Source: Elusimicrobia bacterium CG_4_9_14_3_um_filter_62_55 (GTDB lineage: Bacteria; Elusimicrobiota; Elusimicrobia; UBA1565). From it: a stretch of 64,000 nucleotides of DNA. The stretch is from the NCBI GenBank assembly GCA_002790095.1, contig PFUL01000183.1, forward strand, positions 10,287-74,286, written 5' to 3'. The notes beneath the pieces are model-generated. The model ran no database searches. It saw only the letters and a program-made list of their open reading frames with translations, and was not told where the DNA came from. The translations under genes were made by a program, and so were the position numbers. Below are positions 27,178 through 36,095 of this stretch, piece after piece. Each line of letters begins with the position of its first letter. Position 1 is the first letter of the stretch.

Positions 27178-29427
27178 ATGGCCGAAGAAAAGAATGAGAA
27201 TAAGTCCGCCGCCTTGCCCCCCGTTTCGGGAGGCGCGCCGGAGCCCGCAAAACTTCCTTCCTTCAAAAGTTCGCTTTCAAAAAAGGGTTCGCCCGGGAAG
27301 GAATCGACGGGAGGCGCCTCCGTTGTCCCCACATGGGGAGGGGCCTCTGCCGTGGATAAGTTGGCCGGAGCGCCGATGTTTCGCGGCGCCGGTGTGATGG
27401 CCGGGAAGAAATCCCTGTTGGGACGGCTGAAGGCGCTTAAGACGAAGGACATGGCGTTCATCGCCGCCGGCCTCGGCGTGCTCGTGATGGCTCCCGTCGC
27501 GGAGTTCCTGATCTCGGACGGCAACGACAACGCCAAGAGCATGACGGAAGGCTTCGACCGTAAAGGCGGTTTCTTCGCGGAACCGCAGGACCTCTACGAA
27601 GCGGGCGTCGAAGGCATCGCCCCCGGCGGCCTGATGGGACAGGACACCGACGTCATTACCCCGCTGAACGTGCGCGACCCCAGCTCGTTGATCATGGGTC
27701 CCAACAACGCGGAAAAGGTCGAGACCCCGCAGGCTTCCGTTGACGAGCCCAAGCGCGACGCGCCGAAAGACGACACGGATTGGAAGAAGATCATCGACTC
27801 CGCGAAAAGCGGTGCGACGGAGGCTACCAAAAAAGTAAAGCTTCCGCGTCCGAACGCGAAACTCGCGGGCGCGCTGAGCGGTTTGAAGGGTCTCGCCGGC
27901 GGGGGGAATACGCGGGCGGCGCTGCAGCTCGCCGCGCCGAAGACGCCGGGATCGGCGAATCCATCCGGAGCGCGTTCGAGCCTATCGCGGACTCAATCGG
28001 TCCCGGGCTTTAGAGGCGCGGGCGGCCGGGGCTTGGCCAGCGGTACGGGAGCACCGTTTGCGGGCGGCTACGGCGGTTTCGGCCCCGGAGGCACGTCCGG
28101 TTCCGACACGGGGATGCCCGGAGGCGGAATCAACGGCGGGGGCAACGGGACCGGTTTCGGCGCGCCCAACGGCGAGGGTTCTCCGACAAAGAGCCCCGGC
28201 GGCAATAACTTCAAGGACAACAAGACCTTGGGCGAGAATTTGGAATTCCTGCGCCGCAAGATGAACATGGAGAAGGCCATCGACCTGAAGTGGGCCAAGA
28301 AGCGCTACAACGAACTCGAGCGCAAGAAGATGATCGAGCAGACCGCGATTCAGACCGCGCAGCAGGCCTTCCTTAAAATCCTGGATCGCCTGCTGAAAGG
28401 CAACGAAGGCGAGAAGGGCGGCGGCGGTTCGGGCGGCGGATCAGGCGGCGGAAGTCCCGGCGGCGGCAAGGAAGACCCGAAGGCACCTCCCGGCGAAGGG
28501 CAGGGAACTGCACAGCCGGTTGGCGATACCGGCAGCCAGGCCGGCAAGGTCGAGAGCGTCGCGAATCCCGCGAAGCGTGCCGCCGCATCCGCCGGCCGGG
28601 ATATGATCGGCGCCGGGGGCCAATTCGACTCCGCGAAAGGTCAGGTAACCCTGTGGGCCGAGAAATTGCCCGCCGATCACCCTCTGAAGGGCGAGTTGGC
28701 CAAGCTGTCGGAGGAGTCCTTGGCCGCTTACGGAAAGGATAGTCCGGTGACAGGGGCCGCGAGAGAGGCAGGCACGCACATTCGGACCGTGAAAAATGGC
28801 ATCGACGCGGAAGTGAAGCGATTGGGCGACGTTAAGACGAAGATCGGCGAGATCGCCGGCAAGGCCAAGGAGGAGAGCCGCACGGAGTACGAGTCGGCCC
28901 AGAAAGACGGACTTCCCAAGGAACTAAAGGAAGGTAAGGAGATCACCGGAGACTACGACCCATCCGCAGCGGCTAAGGCTCTTCGGGCGGACGCGGAAAA
29001 GGCGAAAGAGCTTGAAAAGAAGGTCGGAGCGGTACTTGGAAAGGTTCCGACGAGTCTGGACGCAGTAAAGATCAAGGGAGGGGGGGCCGAGACGGAATTG
29101 GCCACGCTGCGGACCAACCTCACGACGATGGAGTCGGAAGCCGGAACGTGGGCTGCTAAGGCGGAAGTGATGGCGTCTAATCTGGAGGCGGTCCAGAAGG
29201 CGACGACCGAGGCCAAGACTGCAGTCAATAAGCAGATCACCTCCAATGATACCGCTATCTCAGCGATCAAGTTCCCGCCGGCTCCTCCCAAACCGGAACA
29301 GACTCCGGATGCGGCGACGGATCAGAAGTGGACTGCGATCTCGACGGAGTTGACCGGCAAGGTGTCAAGTTTCGATGCGCCGATCCAAAGCGCTAAGCAG
29401 GTTTCGTTGGATAAACTCGGCAGTTGA
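27178..29427 (+). CDS. Gly-rich low-complexity membrane protein with a coiled-coil C-terminal half (749 aa), paralogous to 16324..17970
   Basis: TM helix MAFIAAGLGVLVMAPVAEFLI. Shared motif AKLAGALSGLKGLAGGG. Gly-rich tracts GGYGGFGPGG and GGGGSGGGSGGGSPGGG. K/E/A-rich helical C-terminal 300 aa. Confidence 0.85.
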   Translation: MAEEKNENKSAALPPVSGGAPEPAKLPSFKSSLSKKGSPGKESTGGASVVPTWGGASAVDKLAGAPMFRGAGVMAGKKSLLGRLKALKTKDMAFIAAGLGVLVMAPVAEFLISDGNDNAKSMTEGFDRKGGFFAEPQDLYEAGVEGIAPGGLMGQDTDVITPLNVRDPSSLIMGPNNAEKVETPQASVDEPKRDAPKDDTDWKKIIDSAKSGATEATKKVKLPRPNAKLAGALSGLKGLAGGGNTRAALQLAAPKTPGSANPSGARSSLSRTQSVPGFRGAGGRGLASGTGAPFAGGYGGFGPGGTSGSDTGMPGGGINGGGNGTGFGAPNGEGSPTKSPGGNNFKDNKTLGENLEFLRRKMNMEKAIDLKWAKKRYNELERKKMIEQTAIQTAQQAFLKILDRLLKGNEGEKGGGGSGGGSGGGSPGGGKEDPKAPPGEGQGTAQPVGDTGSQAGKVESVANPAKRAAASAGRDMIGAGGQFDSAKGQVTLWAEKLPADHPLKGELAKLSEESLAAYGKDSPVTGAAREAGTHIRTVKNGIDAEVKRLGDVKTKIGEIAGKAKEESRTEYESAQKDGLPKELKEGKEITGDYDPSAAAKALRADAEKAKELEKKVGAVLGKVPTSLDAVKIKGGGAETELATLRTNLTTMESEAGTWAAKAEVMASNLEAVQKATTEAKTAVNKQITSNDTAISAIKFPPAPPKPEQTPDAATDQKWTAISTELTGKVSSFDAPIQSAKQVSLDKLGS

Positions 29428-29432
29428 GGGTT

Positions 29433-29753
29433 TCAGTCTGACTTTGGAATGGGAGGCCGTCGCAGAGTCTGCGACGGCCTCTTCCTATATTTACGGGGCT
29501 CGATGCGCTTGACCTTATGCGGGGGCAAGGCGTGCGGCATCGGCTTGTAGTCCTTCGGCCGCGTCACCGCCGGCCGCGCCCAATTCGGAAGTTCGGAACC
29601 TTCCCCGCGTTCGAGCATCTTCTTGCCCAGCAGAATCGCGACCAGCAGGAAGGTGAGCCCGAATAAAACGAACACGGGCAAGTACACCTGCTCCTTGGTG
29701 CGGTCATCGAGCCTCACGTTATTGAGGATAGCGGAAGCCTCCTCGGGCGTCAA
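29433..29753 (-). CDS. Small single-pass membrane protein (106 aa), hypothetical
   Basis: TTG start without a clear RBS. Strong TM helix VYLPVFVLFGLTFLLVAILLG, a basic C-terminal tail and GC-rich third positions. Confidence 0.5.
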   Translation of the reverse strand: MTPEEASAILNNVRLDDRTKEQVYLPVFVLFGLTFLLVAILLGKKMLERGEGSELPNWARPAVTRPKDYKPMPHALPPHKVKRIEPRKYRKRPSQTLRRPPIPKSD

Positions 29754-29804
29754 TAACAGGAAGGCGCGCGGGCTTTCCGCCGTCGGGAGGAGGGACGGGT
29801 TTCT

Positions 29805-30170
29805 CTAGCGGTTAGGAAGCGGTTGCGCATCTTGCCAGGGAATCCCTTCGCGACCCTGCTCGACCGCCTCGGGTCCAAGACAGTCTTTCGCGGGATTGAT
29901 TTCATCCGTGACAAGAATTTCCTGCACCCACGCTTTCCGCTCCGGGGCGTCCGCCGTCATCTGTTTGGCGTGAAGTTCGGCGTCCTTGCACAGGATCGCC
30001 TCAGGCGGCGCGATGCGGGCAGACTCCCCCGCTTCTTCCACGAGGATCACGCAGCGCGTGCGCGCGGTGGAGCAGGTCCGATGCTGCATCGTCGCCGCGC
30101 AGCCGCCCGAGAACACGACGATCGGAGCAAAAAGAATCGCCGATCGGATAAGTTTCCACCTTGCCTTCAT
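29805..30170 (-). CDS. Putative lipoprotein (121 aa)
   Basis: Signal peptide with lipobox-like IVVFSGG-C, and several Cys residues. ATG at 30170 lies only 9 nt downstream of a TACACT hexamer, so the mRNA may be leaderless or have a very short leader. Confidence 0.6.
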   Translation of the reverse strand: MKARWKLIRSAILFAPIVVFSGGCAATMQHRTCSTARTRCVILVEEAGESARIAPPEAILCKDAELHAKQMTADAPERKAWVQEILVTDEINPAKDCLGPEAVEQGREGIPWQDAQPLPNR

Positions 30171-30179
30171 AATCGATCC

Positions 30180-30208
30180 AGTGTAGACCCCATCCCGGGA
30201 TTCAGCAA
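30180..30208 (-). promoter_or_regulatory. Sigma70-like promoter (TTGCTG-17-TACACT) for the lipoprotein gene
   Basis: Plus-strand AGTGTA at 30180-30185 and CAGCAA at 30203-30208, with an exact 17-nt spacer. Confidence 0.4.
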
Positions 30209-30253
30209 GAGCCCGGAATTTCGACGATTATCTCCCTCTCGTTGAAGCGGACT

Positions 30254-30369
30254 GCAAATCGAATTTTTAAAGAAATGCTTTAAAAGTAATCACTTTTTGC
30301 ATATCGCGCGATATGCAAAAACCGTTTTGTTTTTAAGCACTTTCTTGAAAACTCGATTTTGACGAACGG
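30254..30369 (+). repeat. Copy A of a 116-bp AT-rich, internally palindromic element
   Basis: GCAAATCGAATTTTTAAAGAAATGCTTTAAAAGT...TTTTTGCATATCGCGCGATATGCAAAAA...TTTTAAGCACTTTCTTGAAAACTCGATTTTGACGAACGG. It has a perfect 28-bp palindrome at 30294-30321 and imperfectly inverted flanks. About 90% identical by eye to 53531..53646, in the same orientation. Confidence 0.85.
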
Positions 30370-30519
30370 CCGCTCGTTCCTCCCTCAAAGCTGCGGGTGC
30401 CTGGGGCGCGAAGTCGCGGCCTGATCGAGGAGGAATCAAAATTTAGGCCCAATGGCGCCTCGCGCCGTCCCATCCTGCCCAGGTTTTGATCCCAGTTGGG
30501 TGCTATGCTCGGAGCAACG

Positions 30520-33141
30520 ATGCTATTAAGGATAATAGCGGCCGCCGCTGTTCTTTTCGCCGTTCCGGCTTCGGCGCGAGTCCTCGGCCCGGCCTCCAAA
30601 GCGGGAGGGATCCTCCCGGTGTTGAGCCTGGGGCCGGCCGCGTCTTCGCTCGCCCCGCTGAACGCGCCCACTTTGGGTCTCGCGCCGTCGCTCCCCTCGC
30701 TGAACGCGCCCACGCTCGGTCTCGCGCCGTCGCTCCCCTCGCTGAGCGTGCCCGCCCTAGGTCTCCCGCCGCCGCTTATTCCGACGAGGTCGCCCGCCCC
30801 CGGTCTTGCGCCGTCGATCACTCCCGCTTCCGCGCGCCTCGCAGCGGTCTCTCCCCTCGCGGCACGGACGCAAGAGCTGACGGCCGCACCGGCGGCGCAG
30901 ATGCCGGCGCGGCTCGACGCGCTGTTCTCAGGCGTCGCTTCGAAGCCGGAATCGGACGCCGTCGCCGTTGCGGACCTGCCCGCCGCGCCCGCCCCGAGCG
31001 TCGCCGCCCTCGTCGCCGATTACCGGGCCGAAGGGCGCGGCGCGTTCGGGCGGAGGCTCCGCTTCACCGGGATCGGGGGTCGGGACGCGTACAATCCGAC
31101 GGCCCCCTTCAAGACGCGCTATCGCGGAAAGGCGATCGAGGTTTTGGCGGCGCGCGTCGAGCCGCGCGAGGAGGAGGAAAGCGAGGTCGTCTTCTTCGAG
31201 AAACACCGCGGCCGTTGGCGACCGCTGCCCGGCGCGCCGCGCCCGAAGCTCCAGGACCCCTTCGTGGCGACGATCGACGGCGAACTCGTGATGGGAGGCG
31301 TCGAGACCTTCCCGAAGGACGGCGGGCTGGGCTATCGCACGGTTTTTTACCGCGGAAAGACTCTCTCGAGGCTCAAGCGCTTCGCGGCGGGCCCCGACGG
31401 CATGAAGGACATCCGGCTGGCGCGGCTTCCGAACGGAAAAATTCTCGTGGTGACCCGGCCGCAGGGGGAAATCGGCGGGCGGGGCAAGATCGCGATGACC
31501 GTGATCGACGGCCTGGACAAGCTCGAGCCCGGCGCGATCTCGCGGGCGAAGATCATCGAGGGCCAATTCCACGAGGACGAGTGGGGCGGGGCCAACGAAC
31601 TGCATGTCCTGCGCGACGGGCGCGTCGGCGTCCTCGGCCACGCCGCCCGATTCGACGCGGCGGGCGGACGCCATTACTACCCCATGGCCTTCGCCGTCGA
31701 TCCGGTGACCGGACGGCGCACGCCGATGAAGATCCTGCTCGAGCGCGCCCGCCTTCCCGCCGGGGCGTCGAAGCGACCGGACCTCCAGGATGTTCTCTTC
31801 AGCGGGGGCTTGCTTCGCCGCGCGGACGGGACCGCGGCGCTTTACGTCGGAGCGGGGGACGCCGAGTCCTACCGAGTCGAGATTGCCGACCCGTTCGCGG
31901 CGCTCGAGAGGGCGTCCGCGCCTCGGGAATCCCTCAGCCGGGCCGACGACAAATTTCTCGACGGCCTGCAGCGCAAGGCCTTCCTCTATTTCTGGGAACA
32001 GACCGATGGACGCACCGGCCTCACGAAGGACCGCGCGGGAAACTTCGGCGGCGGCGACCGCGGGATCGCCTCGATCGCGGCGACCGGCTTCGGCCTGACG
32101 GCGCTGACGATCGCGCAAAGACGCGGCTGGATTACGCGCGAGCAGGCATACGGACGCGCGCTGAAGACCTTGCGGCATCTGCGTTCGCGGCAGGTGCATG
32201 AGCACGGCTGGTTCCCTCATTTCGTCTCCGCCGCGACCGGCGAGCCGCTGCCGCGCGCGGAGGTGTCGTCGATCGACACGGCCCTGCTGCTTGCCGGGGC
32301 GTTGACAGCGGGAAGCCATTTCCCAGGAACCGAAGTGGAGCGCCTGGCCCGGGAGATCTACGAGCGCGTGGATTTCCCGTGGATGATGACCGACGGCGGC
32401 GCCAAGCCGCAGTCGCGCACGTTATCGATGGGCTGGACTCCGGCGGGATTTATCGGCGCGAGGTGGGACGCGTACAGCGAGCATCAGATCCTCTACATCC
32501 TGGGCTTGGGGTCGCCGACGTTTCCGCTCCCCGCCCAATCGTGGCGCGCGTGGAAGCGCCCTGAGAAGGGGCCTTTGACGGAGGCGTCGGGTCCGCTGTT
32601 TACGCATCAGTACTCCCAGCTTTGGCTCGACCTGCGCGGTTGGAACGACGCGGGCCAGGATTATTTCGCGAACTCGGTGGAGGCGACGTACGCGCATCGC
32701 GACGCGGCGCTCGCCGCACGCGGGCGGTATACGACCTACGGCCCGAACTGCTGGGGCCTGACCGCCTGCGATGGGCCCGAGGGATACCGCGCCTACGGCG
32801 CCTACCCCGGCGCGCCCGTCCAGGACGGGACCATCGCCCCGGCGGCCGCGGGAGGTTCGCTGGCGCACACGCCCGGGCTCTCGGTCGCGGCCCTGCGCTA
32901 TATGAAGGCCCGCTACGGCGGCCGCATTTGGGGGCGCTACGGCTTCTCCGATTCCTTTAATACCGACCCGCGGTGGCGGGACCGCTTCAACGCCGACGGC
33001 CTGTGGCGCTCCCCGGACGCCGTCGGCATCGACCAAGGCGCCATCCTGCTTGCGGCCGAGAACGCCCGCGGCGGCGCGGTGTGGCGCGCCTTTATGGGGA
33101 CCGAGTACGCGAAGAGGGCTTTCGAGAAACTCGGTCGGTGA
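30520..33141 (+). CDS. Secreted two-domain glycosidase-like protein: DUF1861 (beta-propeller, GH130/GH43-like) fused to a GH144 / 'putative glucoamylase' (endo-beta-1,2-glucanase-like) (alpha/alpha)6 domain
   Basis: Start chosen at ATG 30520 (MLLRIIAAAAVLFAVPASA) with GGAG 5 nt upstream; the ORF track starts at TTG 30496. DUF1861-like: YNPTAPFKTRYRGKAIEVLAARVE...GGANELHVLRDGRVGVLGHAARF. GH144-like: FLDGLQRKAFLYFWEQTDGRTGLTKDR...IASIAATGFGLTAL...WFPHF...WGLTACDGPEGYRAYG...GRYGFSDSFN...IDQGAILLAAEN. Confidence 0.85.
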   Translation: MLLRIIAAAAVLFAVPASARVLGPASKAGGILPVLSLGPAASSLAPLNAPTLGLAPSLPSLNAPTLGLAPSLPSLSVPALGLPPPLIPTRSPAPGLAPSITPASARLAAVSPLAARTQELTAAPAAQMPARLDALFSGVASKPESDAVAVADLPAAPAPSVAALVADYRAEGRGAFGRRLRFTGIGGRDAYNPTAPFKTRYRGKAIEVLAARVEPREEEESEVVFFEKHRGRWRPLPGAPRPKLQDPFVATIDGELVMGGVETFPKDGGLGYRTVFYRGKTLSRLKRFAAGPDGMKDIRLARLPNGKILVVTRPQGEIGGRGKIAMTVIDGLDKLEPGAISRAKIIEGQFHEDEWGGANELHVLRDGRVGVLGHAARFDAAGGRHYYPMAFAVDPVTGRRTPMKILLERARLPAGASKRPDLQDVLFSGGLLRRADGTAALYVGAGDAESYRVEIADPFAALERASAPRESLSRADDKFLDGLQRKAFLYFWEQTDGRTGLTKDRAGNFGGGDRGIASIAATGFGLTALTIAQRRGWITREQAYGRALKTLRHLRSRQVHEHGWFPHFVSAATGEPLPRAEVSSIDTALLLAGALTAGSHFPGTEVERLAREIYERVDFPWMMTDGGAKPQSRTLSMGWTPAGFIGARWDAYSEHQILYILGLGSPTFPLPAQSWRAWKRPEKGPLTEASGPLFTHQYSQLWLDLRGWNDAGQDYFANSVEATYAHRDAALAARGRYTTYGPNCWGLTACDGPEGYRAYGAYPGAPVQDGTIAPAAAGGSLAHTPGLSVAALRYMKARYGGRIWGRYGFSDSFNTDPRWRDRFNADGLWRSPDAVGIDQGAILLAAENARGGAVWRAFMGTEYAKRAFEKLGR
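30658..30783 (+). repeat. In-frame tandem 42-bp repeat: two near-identical units plus a degenerate third, encoding LNAPTLGLAPSLPS
   Basis: Units at 30658-30699 and 30700-30741 differ at about 3 positions. A degenerate third unit runs to about 30783. Located just after the signal peptide of the GH144-like protein. Confidence 0.85.
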
Positions 33142-33269
33142 GGGGCGGCCCGCAATAAAGGGGGTCTCCGGGCCCAAATTGAGCTAGGCCCGTCGAGGGT
33201 GGATGGGATAGGACTTCCGTGTTATCCTGGCGAGGCTGGGGAGTGCGCCCCGCCCCGGCGGAGGAATCG

Positions 33270-36068
33270 ATGCTGCGACGACTTTTATCCCCTGTGCTGG
33301 CGGCCGCGCTGGTGCTGCCCGCATCGCCCGCTTCCTACGCGTTCGCCGAGGACGACGACGGCGCCGTCCCGGCGGAAAAACCCTACACCCCTCCTTTTAG
33401 CGCGACCGATCCCGCGAGCATCGACGACTTCATCGGCGTGAGGGATTTCGCCGCGATGAAGCCGACGAACACGGCGCAAAGCGCCGGCGCGGAGCTCTTC
33501 GGCGCCCTGCAGCCGAAACTCGACGAGGCGAAAAAGAAAGCCGGCGACAAATGGGACGCGGCGCTCGAAGAAGCGCTGTATGCCCGTATCGCCGAGCGCG
33601 TGAGGGAGCAGCTCCTTAAGGGAAAGGAAGAGGCGTTGGGAAAGGCCGGCGGCGATGCGTTGAAGAAGCTCCTTGAGAGCGAAGCATTGGCGAAGGTGTT
33701 GGGCGAGGAGGGCCACGCGCGCCGTCTTTTGTTCGACGCGCTTCAAAGCGGCAACACCGAGAAGCTGCAGCGTCTGCTCGACGTGCACGCAAAGCTCGGC
33801 GGCGGGGACTTTAAAGAGATGCTCGCGAAGATCGATTTATTGATGAAGGGCAGCGAGGAGCAGCGCAAGTACGGCGAACTGCTCGCGAAGTACGTCGACG
33901 GCGGCAAGGTGACGCTCGGCGAGCCTCCGGCGCCGCCGCGCGACGGGGAAAATCCGCCCGAAGACAACGAGCGGCGCTTCCCGCGCGACGAGCAGCGGGT
34001 CGCCTCTCTCGGCTTCGACGGGGGACAGACCTACGGCCGCCGCGGCGAGCGCCGCGTGTTGGACGACGAGGCGGGAAATTTGATGTCGGTCCAGATCGTC
34101 TCGATTCGGCGCCCCGACGGGACGATGGACGACAGCATCAACGTCGCGAATATCAAGAATCCCGGCGATCCGCAGGGAGACACTTTCTCGCTGCGCGGCG
34201 ATTTCGAGAAGCTCAAGGCCGGCGTGCAGACCACCGTCGGCGGGGTCGCGGTGACCCTGAAACTGGTCGCCACTCCCGACGGGGATTATTCCGTCGAAGT
34301 GTCGGGGCCGGGCGGCGCGTTTAAGACCACCAGCGAGCCGCCCGGACCGCCGATGAGCCTCAATCAAATGTTCGCCTACCGCGCGGCCAAGGTGTATCAG
34401 TACGGACGCGTCGTGGAGATCGGCGGCAAGGAATACTACGTGTCCCCCGAGGCGTATTCGACCGTCATGGGCGAAGGGGACGCCGCGGCGAAGGTCGGAC
34501 TCGGTCAATTCACCTATTGGCCCGTTGAGGACATGCGCAAAATTTTCGGCGAGCCGGAAGTAGACCCGGAGACCTTCGACTACAAGCAGATCAGTTTAGA
34601 GGGCACCAAGTACGCGGGCTTCGGCCTGCGCGCGCTGCGCCCCGACCTGTCCGCCACCGTCGTGCGCCGCGAAGGCGCGCAGGACGTTCAGATCCTGCGC
34701 GCGTCGGCCGGACAGGACGCGCAGGGCCGCTGGTGGGACGCCGTCTTCGAGAACGGACAATACGTGATCAAGCCGGGCGCGCCGCCGCAGGATGGGGCGG
34801 GTCCGGGGACGCCGGGCGAGCCGGGGCAGCAGATCCCTCCGGAAAAACTCGACCCGTTGGTGGCCGGTCTTAACAAACAGCTTCAGTCCCGGGTGCCCGG
34901 CGCGAAGTTCGAATTCGCCGGGGTCAACGGCCGCCTCGCGTTCTCCTTCGATGATCCCAAGGGGGAAGGCAAGCTGACCGTGCCGCTGCCGTTTTCCGCC
35001 AACGACGCGAATGCCGGATTTCTCGACGACACGTCGGTGCTCGCCGTCGATATCGGCGCGGGGGGAACGCTCTTTACCGATCTCAGCAAGGGCTTCGGAA
35101 CGCTGAACGCCGAGGGCGGCGTCGCCTATAACGTCGCCGGCGTGCTCAAGCAAAAACCCGGCGGATTCGAGATCACGAACTTCGGGGAGAATCAGTCGAT
35201 CAACGATTTCAGCGTATTTCAACGCTTGATCTCGAACCGTTTGACTTCGATTAATCCCGCATTCCAATACGCCAACCAAAATCGTCTTCAGGACCTGATC
35301 AACACGCAGTTGAACGGCGGTCTTAAATTCCACAGCGCCTCGGGTTCCCAGAGCAACCTGGTTGTTTCCTTCGTCGACGGAGAGGGGAAAGAGAAGTTCT
35401 ACACCTATCAAAAGGGGACCGATGACTCCTGGACCGCGAAGGAAGGAGAGCACGCGGCGACGGTGCGCGACGAGGTTTCGGGTCCTCCCGGCTCGATCGC
35501 CGCGCAGCTGCAGGCGGGACTCCCGGCCGACAATCCCGCGTTCCAAAAGGCGCCGACCTTCGACGGATATTCCTTGCTTTCCCACAAGGACACGAAGGGC
35601 GGCGGCATCTATTTCCGAAAAGGAGATCCAAGCAAGGGAATCACTCCGGATCTTCAGATGCTGTTCGTACTCAAGGAAGATCCCAAGCAGCCCGATATCG
35701 CATCGCGCACCGCGAGCAAGAGCGCGTGGGCCGAGCAGAGAGTTTGGGATTTAAGGACGATTCTCAGCGGAAATCCTGTGTCCGGGAAATCGGAGTGGAC
35801 GGCCGCGGACTTTGCGGGGATGCGGTTTAACGACACCTTCCAGTACCCCGTCGAGGTCAGTTTGAACAAGGGGGCTTCTCCGGGGGCCATGAGTTTTGAG
35901 CCTTCCGCGAATAACTCGGCCGGGGCGGGGGTGGTTTTTTTGACGATCGTCCCCCCCGGAAAGACCCAAAAGCAGGTGATGGGCTGGGTCGCCGCATGGG
36001 GGGGCGTCGATCCGACCGACAGGGCAAAATTCCCCTTTCCCCAAGGGGCGGTCGCGCCTAAAAGTTAG
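33270..36068 (+). CDS. Secreted protein of unknown function (932 aa)
   Basis: Start at MLRRLLSPVLAAALVLPASPASYA with GGAGG 6 nt upstream; the ORF track starts at 33219. Helical N-terminal part, then mixed beta-rich domains. No motif recognised. Confidence 0.85.
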   Translation: MLRRLLSPVLAAALVLPASPASYAFAEDDDGAVPAEKPYTPPFSATDPASIDDFIGVRDFAAMKPTNTAQSAGAELFGALQPKLDEAKKKAGDKWDAALEEALYARIAERVREQLLKGKEEALGKAGGDALKKLLESEALAKVLGEEGHARRLLFDALQSGNTEKLQRLLDVHAKLGGGDFKEMLAKIDLLMKGSEEQRKYGELLAKYVDGGKVTLGEPPAPPRDGENPPEDNERRFPRDEQRVASLGFDGGQTYGRRGERRVLDDEAGNLMSVQIVSIRRPDGTMDDSINVANIKNPGDPQGDTFSLRGDFEKLKAGVQTTVGGVAVTLKLVATPDGDYSVEVSGPGGAFKTTSEPPGPPMSLNQMFAYRAAKVYQYGRVVEIGGKEYYVSPEAYSTVMGEGDAAAKVGLGQFTYWPVEDMRKIFGEPEVDPETFDYKQISLEGTKYAGFGLRALRPDLSATVVRREGAQDVQILRASAGQDAQGRWWDAVFENGQYVIKPGAPPQDGAGPGTPGEPGQQIPPEKLDPLVAGLNKQLQSRVPGAKFEFAGVNGRLAFSFDDPKGEGKLTVPLPFSANDANAGFLDDTSVLAVDIGAGGTLFTDLSKGFGTLNAEGGVAYNVAGVLKQKPGGFEITNFGENQSINDFSVFQRLISNRLTSINPAFQYANQNRLQDLINTQLNGGLKFHSASGSQSNLVVSFVDGEGKEKFYTYQKGTDDSWTAKEGEHAATVRDEVSGPPGSIAAQLQAGLPADNPAFQKAPTFDGYSLLSHKDTKGGGIYFRKGDPSKGITPDLQMLFVLKEDPKQPDIASRTASKSAWAEQRVWDLRTILSGNPVSGKSEWTAADFAGMRFNDTFQYPVEVSLNKGASPGAMSFEPSANNSAGAGVVFLTIVPPGKTQKQVMGWVAAWGGVDPTDRAKFPFPQGAVAPKS

Positions 36069-36095
36069 CCTGTTTCACGCCGTTTTCGACAACAA

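Noticed and set aside
30345-30364. TTGAAA and TTGACG hexamers in the right arm of repeat copy A, considered as the promoter of the GH144-like gene
   Set aside because: No acceptable -10 lies 16-18 nt downstream. Copy B has the same hexamer but no downstream gene on that strand, so a promoter role does not explain the repeat.
30658-30783. The tandem 42-bp repeat and the GGC tract (52477..52557) considered as possible CRISPR-like or non-coding arrays
   Set aside because: Both are in frame inside well-supported coding regions, have no unique spacers and have too few units. No CRISPR array or cas gene is visible anywhere in the window.
30486-32319. ORFs 30486..32201 (+, 571 aa), 30928..32319 (-, 463 aa) and 32422..33177 (-) overlapping the GH144-like gene
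   Set aside because: These are Arg/Pro/Gly-rich alternative frames. The 30520..33141 frame carries clear DUF1861 and GH144-family sequence patterns.
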